Below, in pieces: positions 26,523-29,573 of a stretch of DNA of 29,573 bases. Numbering within the stretch: the stretch's first letter is position 1; each line of letters opens with the position of its first letter. The stretch covers positions 1-29,573 of IMG/VR virus record IMGVR_UViG_3300032268_000205; one strand, 5' to 3'. The DNA is from a virus (Duplodnaviria; Caudoviricetes). A model generated the notes under the pieces. The model was not told the origin of the DNA and ran no database searches. It saw only the letters and a list, made by a program, of their open reading frames with translations. The translations under genes were made by a program, and so were the position numbers.

Positions 26523-26542
26523 GGTAAGCCTCCGAGAAAAAA

Positions 26543-27145
26543 TTAATTAGCTAAAACGAATTGCGTACCGCATTGGCACGTAGGTAAACCCTTGTCAGCC
26601 CATCCCTTAGCCACTCGGATGGTGTACTGACTCTTGACTGTGCCGTCAGGCTTGTGCTCAACGCACGTACCGCATACCGCCTTGAGCATACGTGTTGACT
26701 GCACCTTGTAGCTACTGGCTACGTTTAGCTTGGCATGAGGGTAGATCCCAAGCGATTCAAGGATCGGGGCAAAATTCTCACGAAACTGCTTACCCACCTT
26801 GGTTTGAGTCAGACTGCCCTCAAGCCACACCTTGCGGACACAATGTTTAAACTCTGTGCCATGCGATGAGCCTGTGACTGCGTGGCTTAGTTCGTGCATC
26901 AGCACACCGAGCACCTCGACAGAGTCATCGAGTACAGGCGAGATGAAGATCTGATGAGTCGCATCTTCCGATGCATCAGGTGAGAAGTGCTCACCGACAT
27001 TGCGGTACAAACTGCGTGCCCGCTTGGATGGGAAACCGCAAGAGACCCTGACGTGATCAGGGATGGGGAAACCGTTAGCGTGGAAAATGCCACGCACCGA
27101 TGTGACTGCATTGTTGAGCCATTGCTCACGTAAAGCTTGGGTCAT
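26543..27145 (-). CDS. SprT-like zincin with C-terminal Zn ribbon
   Basis: VLMHELSHA..HGTEF; CGTC..CQCG. Confidence 0.8.
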   Translation of the reverse strand: MTQALREQWLNNAVTSVRGIFHANGFPIPDHVRVSCGFPSKRARSLYRNVGEHFSPDASEDATHQIFISPVLDDSVEVLGVLMHELSHAVTGSSHGTEFKHCVRKVWLEGSLTQTKVGKQFRENFAPILESLGIYPHAKLNVASSYKVQSTRMLKAVCGTCVEHKPDGTVKSQYTIRVAKGWADKGLPTCQCGTQFVLAN

Positions 27146-27246
27146 AGAACCTCCTTGTGTTTTTGTTTGCGGGAATACTTGCGGGCGGTGTGGCTACCTG
27201 CACCACAACGCTTTGCGTGCTTTGCTACGAAGTTTCTGATAGGCAT
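27142..27246 (-). CDS. 34-aa basic peptide MPIRNFVAKHAKRCGAGSHTARKYSRKQKHKEVL
   Basis: RBS GGAGGG; ATGA overlap; N.VAK..AG.H..KY.RK.KH pattern seen in small phage proteins. Confidence 0.7.
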   Translation of the reverse strand: MPIRNFVAKHAKRCGAGSHTARKYSRKQKHKEVL

Positions 27247-27254
27247 AAGCCCTC

Positions 27255-27545
27255 CTAATATCCATGTTTATCTGAGTCGAATGAATCGTCACCGTCATAC
27301 CATTGGGTCTGATTCAGTCCCTGTTTGAACACCTGATTTGCCTCTGATTTATGGTGATCAGAACCATATTTCAGGATGAATTTCAAATACTTTTTGCGGA
27401 GCGGGAGCGCAACCTTGTACTCACCCTCTGCGTGTAGATCCAACTCATGTAGGCAAACATAAGCTAGATCGTCAATTGTTTTATGGGAAAAAAAGTCATA
27501 ACTGGTGTTGATTGGTAATGCTTTTAATGCTTTATCGAAGTCCAT
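27255..27545 (-). CDS. Hypothetical early protein (MDFDKALK...)
   Basis: Start moved to the ATG at 27545, which follows AGGAGA. Confidence 0.7.
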   Translation of the reverse strand: MDFDKALKALPINTSYDFFSHKTIDDLAYVCLHELDLHAEGEYKVALPLRKKYLKFILKYGSDHHKSEANQVFKQGLNQTQWYDGDDSFDSDKHGY

Positions 27546-27563
27546 AGGTCTCCTAAATAAATC

Positions 27564-27605
27564 GATGCAAGGCGCATCCTCATGCCCCCAAGGGGAGGCA
27601 TTGAG
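27564..27605 (-). promoter_or_regulatory. Two-hairpin RNA element, copy A
   Basis: CTCAATGCC..GGCATGAG-GATGC-N5-GCATC upstream of an RBS; second copy at 28094-28136. Confidence 0.6.
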
Positions 27606-27615
27606 ATGGGTCTTA

Positions 27616-27714
27616 CTATGAGCTAAGCCACTCATCAAAGCTTTTGGGTGGTGACTCGCTAGTGCAAGCCAAATAGATTTGATACCGTTGCCACAATTTG
27701 CCTTGGAATTGCAT
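27616..27714 (-). CDS. 32-aa peptide MQFQGKLWQRYQIYLACTSESPPKSFDEWLSS
   Basis: RBS AGGAGG; RYQIY..C..PK.FDEWL pattern seen in phage early regions. Confidence 0.7.
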   Translation of the reverse strand: MQFQGKLWQRYQIYLACTSESPPKSFDEWLSS

Positions 27715-27722
27715 AAAACCTC

Positions 27723-27926
27723 CTATTTTTTGTCAACTAATTGTTGGGTCAGTACTACCAACCCCTCGATAAGCCTGTTGGCTCGGACACTTTCGGGAGT
27801 GGTCATCCCATTTTTACGGACATGAAACCAACCATGTGGCTTAACGTCAATGATGCAAGGCTTGCGTTTAACCGCCCGCCAAGCATTTTCATAAGCCTCG
27901 GCTAAAGCCTCATTGTTTAACTGCAT
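27723..27926 (-). CDS. Hypothetical early protein
   Basis: ORF track; RBS GGAGGG. Confidence 0.7.
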   Translation of the reverse strand: MQLNNEALAEAYENAWRAVKRKPCIIDVKPHGWFHVRKNGMTTPESVRANRLIEGLVVLTQQLVDKK

Positions 27927-27937
27927 AAGCCCTCCGA

Positions 27938-28078
27938 TTAAAGAAAGAAGTTAGCGGGAATAGCACCAGTCTCGGTTTCGATTGGGTAAATGCTTTCGTA
28001 TTGCAGGAATACTGGGGTTTTGGTTTTAAAGTCGAGACCGATAAAAGAAAGGATTTGAAAAAATTTGATTGATTTCAT
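27938..28078 (-). CDS. 46-aa first gene of the early operon (MKSIKFFQ...)
   Basis: RBS GGAGGCTT before the ATG at 28078. Confidence 0.65.
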   Translation of the reverse strand: MKSIKFFQILSFIGLDFKTKTPVFLQYESIYPIETETGAIPANFFL

Positions 28079-28089
28079 AAAGCCTCCAT

Positions 28090-28378
28090 AAGAGATGCGG
28101 GATGCATCCTCTTGCCTGCTCATAACAGGCAATGAGAAACACCCTACAAGCCTGATAAGCGCAATCGCTACGGATCACGTCAGGCATCTGTCTATTCGGT
28201 CAGCGGAAAGCCACCGAAATTTAATTGCTTGGTTACGTCCCAAGCGACACTAGATTCTGTCTAGCTACCTCGTTTTTACGTACCCGAGGTCAGGCAAGCC
28301 TTTTCGTGTTCAAACCCATAGTGGATGGGAGAGGATCTGAACTAATGCCATATGGTGGAGGCATAAAACTAAACAACC
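28090..28378 (-). ncRNA. Hairpin-rich ~290-nt leader of the early operon
   Basis: Seven or more consecutive inverted repeats and no credible ORF, downstream of a TATACT -10 box. Confidence 0.45.
28094..28136 (-). promoter_or_regulatory. Two-hairpin RNA element, copy B
   Basis: CTCATTGCC..GGCAAGAG-GATGC-N5-GCATC upstream of an RBS. Confidence 0.6.
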
Positions 28379-28383
28379 CTTGA

Positions 28384-28414
28384 AGTATACACACAATCAA
28401 TTGCAACGTGTAAA
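28384..28414 (-). promoter_or_regulatory. Probable early promoter
   Basis: TATACT at 28384-28389 (minus strand); TTTACA 19 nt upstream (non-ideal spacing). Confidence 0.45.
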
Positions 28415-28859
28415 CACTTTGTATAAATGATTGAGTAATCTGTAGGGTTATTGCCACAAGTCAGCCCTATATATAGGGAAGAATTCAGCCTGTTTTAGGT
28501 CTTATATAAGACCAACCCTGCAAGCCAGTAGATATAAGGGTGCGGTTCACCACGGCATTTTCACGTGTGTACTAATGCACTTGCCTCATGTAGACACAAA
28601 ACGTCTCTAAAGCCCTGTAATGCGGTTTAAACGGTATGTATGGATATACAGTACTGGTGTCGCATTTTTGCAACCGAGCGGGAAAATGTCGAAGACGATC
28701 AGGCAAATGTATGGTAGTTGGCAGAGGCTCATGTAGTGAGCTAGTAAACTTGCATGGGTGACATAGAAGTGAACAAAGTAGAAACATGATTGACAACGTA
28801 GAGCGACAAGCTCATTATGTGAGCTAGTGACGTATTGTTTAAACATAGAGGGGAATCAG

Positions 28860-29477
28860 ATGGGCAAAGCAGAATTACTGGCAGACGTGATTAAAGAGAA
28901 TGTGAACACGCAACCTAAGAATGGTGTAGACATTCCAAAGCGGGGGATTGATAGCGAAGCGAGGCGGACGTATATCGAATCAGTAGAGGTAAAGACTAAG
29001 GTAAACGGACTGCCATATGGATTACATACAGAAGAGACCGATGAACCATCAGGCAGAGACAAGCGATTAACGAAGAGACAGTTAGCATTTGCCAGTAACG
29101 TAATAGATGGCATGACACCTGTAACGGCTTATATGAGTGCATTCAAATGTGACCACCTTACAAGCGCAACGATTCAATCGAGGGTGAACGATCTTCTAGC
29201 TGATGCGAATATCACTTTACTTTTACAACCGCTCACACAAGCCAAGAAAGAGATGATCATTAGCGATGATCGCATGGCACGTAGATACGTGATGAATGAA
29301 TGGTTCAAGCATAGCGAGGATGTCTCAGTCCCAATCAACGTAAGGCTCAGAGCACTAGAGCTGATGGCGAAAGCATCAGGAGTGTTCGAGACGAGAGCAG
29401 AGCAAGTCACCGAGGCGATAGACATCGACACGCTCAAGCAGGAACTGGACAAGTCGATTGCGCTGATCGGAAAGTGA
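28860..29477 (+). CDS. Terminase small subunit-like protein
   Basis: LTKRQLAFA..G.TPVTAY..AF HTH; RLRALELMAKASGVF; RBS GAGGGG before the ATG at 28860. Confidence 0.7.
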   Translation: MGKAELLADVIKENVNTQPKNGVDIPKRGIDSEARRTYIESVEVKTKVNGLPYGLHTEETDEPSGRDKRLTKRQLAFASNVIDGMTPVTAYMSAFKCDHLTSATIQSRVNDLLADANITLLLQPLTQAKKEMIISDDRMARRYVMNEWFKHSEDVSVPINVRLRALELMAKASGVFETRAEQVTEAIDIDTLKQELDKSIALIGK

Positions 29478-29573
29478 GAAACCCTGTGGAACTGTCATAT
29501 AAGGCTCTGCGGGCGACCCCACCCACTCCCACCCCCGTCAATTCGCCCCGTCCTGCGTGCCTTACCTTACACT

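Larger units (their letters stand above)
954..28844. repeat. Dispersed iterated palindrome GTTTAAAC (at least 32 copies)
   Basis: Starts at 954, 1529, 3501, 3569, 5265, 6534, 7001, 8349, 9724, 10098, 10370, 10954, 12008, 12553, 13206, 14424, 15080, 15893, 16639, 17069, 18868, 19292, 19349, 20864, 21670, 21802, 22819, 24549, 26151, 26845, 28625, 28837. Confidence 0.9.

Noticed and set aside
28140-28378. tRNA or hammerhead ribozyme in the early leader
   Set aside because: No cloverleaf with a T-loop and no CUGAUGA/GAAA core found by eye.
954-28844. GTTTAAAC as PmeI linker or assembly artefact
   Set aside because: Copies sit in frame within intact ORFs, in different frames, with no breaks in the proteins.
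29509-29573. C-rich tract after terS as a G-quadruplex or pac element
   Set aside because: It lies at the window edge with too little context to support a function.

Overview
Tailed-phage (podovirus-like) DNA with a probable betaproteobacterial host (host is inferred). The window runs from the end of the virion/ejection module to the small terminase subunit, so it appears to cover most of the non-structural part of the genome. From left to right: (1) a 5'-truncated internal virion-type gene and a 2842-aa polyvalent protein with zincin, glycosylase-like, GNAT-like, ART-like, PBECR-like and LPD38-like segments; (2) a metallophosphoesterase and a SprT-like peptidase; (3) a long leftward operon of small, overlapping genes (Ref-like nuclease, DUF3310, PD-(D/E)XK protein, RelB/DinJ-like RHH, DNA methyltransferase, SSB-like, ERF, exonuclease); (4) RusA, a 560-bp non-coding control region, an HNH gene and a T7-gp4-like primase-helicase; (5) a leftward early operon (split CobT-like pair, CobS/MoxR AAA+, SprT-like, many micro-ORFs) behind a ~300-nt hairpin-rich leader; (6) terS. 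Main unexplained signals: the palindrome GTTTAAAC occurs at least 32 times against about 1 expected; two divergent small RNA candidates with their own terminators lie at 19100-19274, and one is antisense to an extended RBS (GGAGGCTT) shared by six of the phage's genes; a PhaR-like operator precedes a 42-aa micro-gene; and a covarying two-hairpin element is duplicated in early-gene leaders. All family assignments come from motif recognition by eye, not from database searches.
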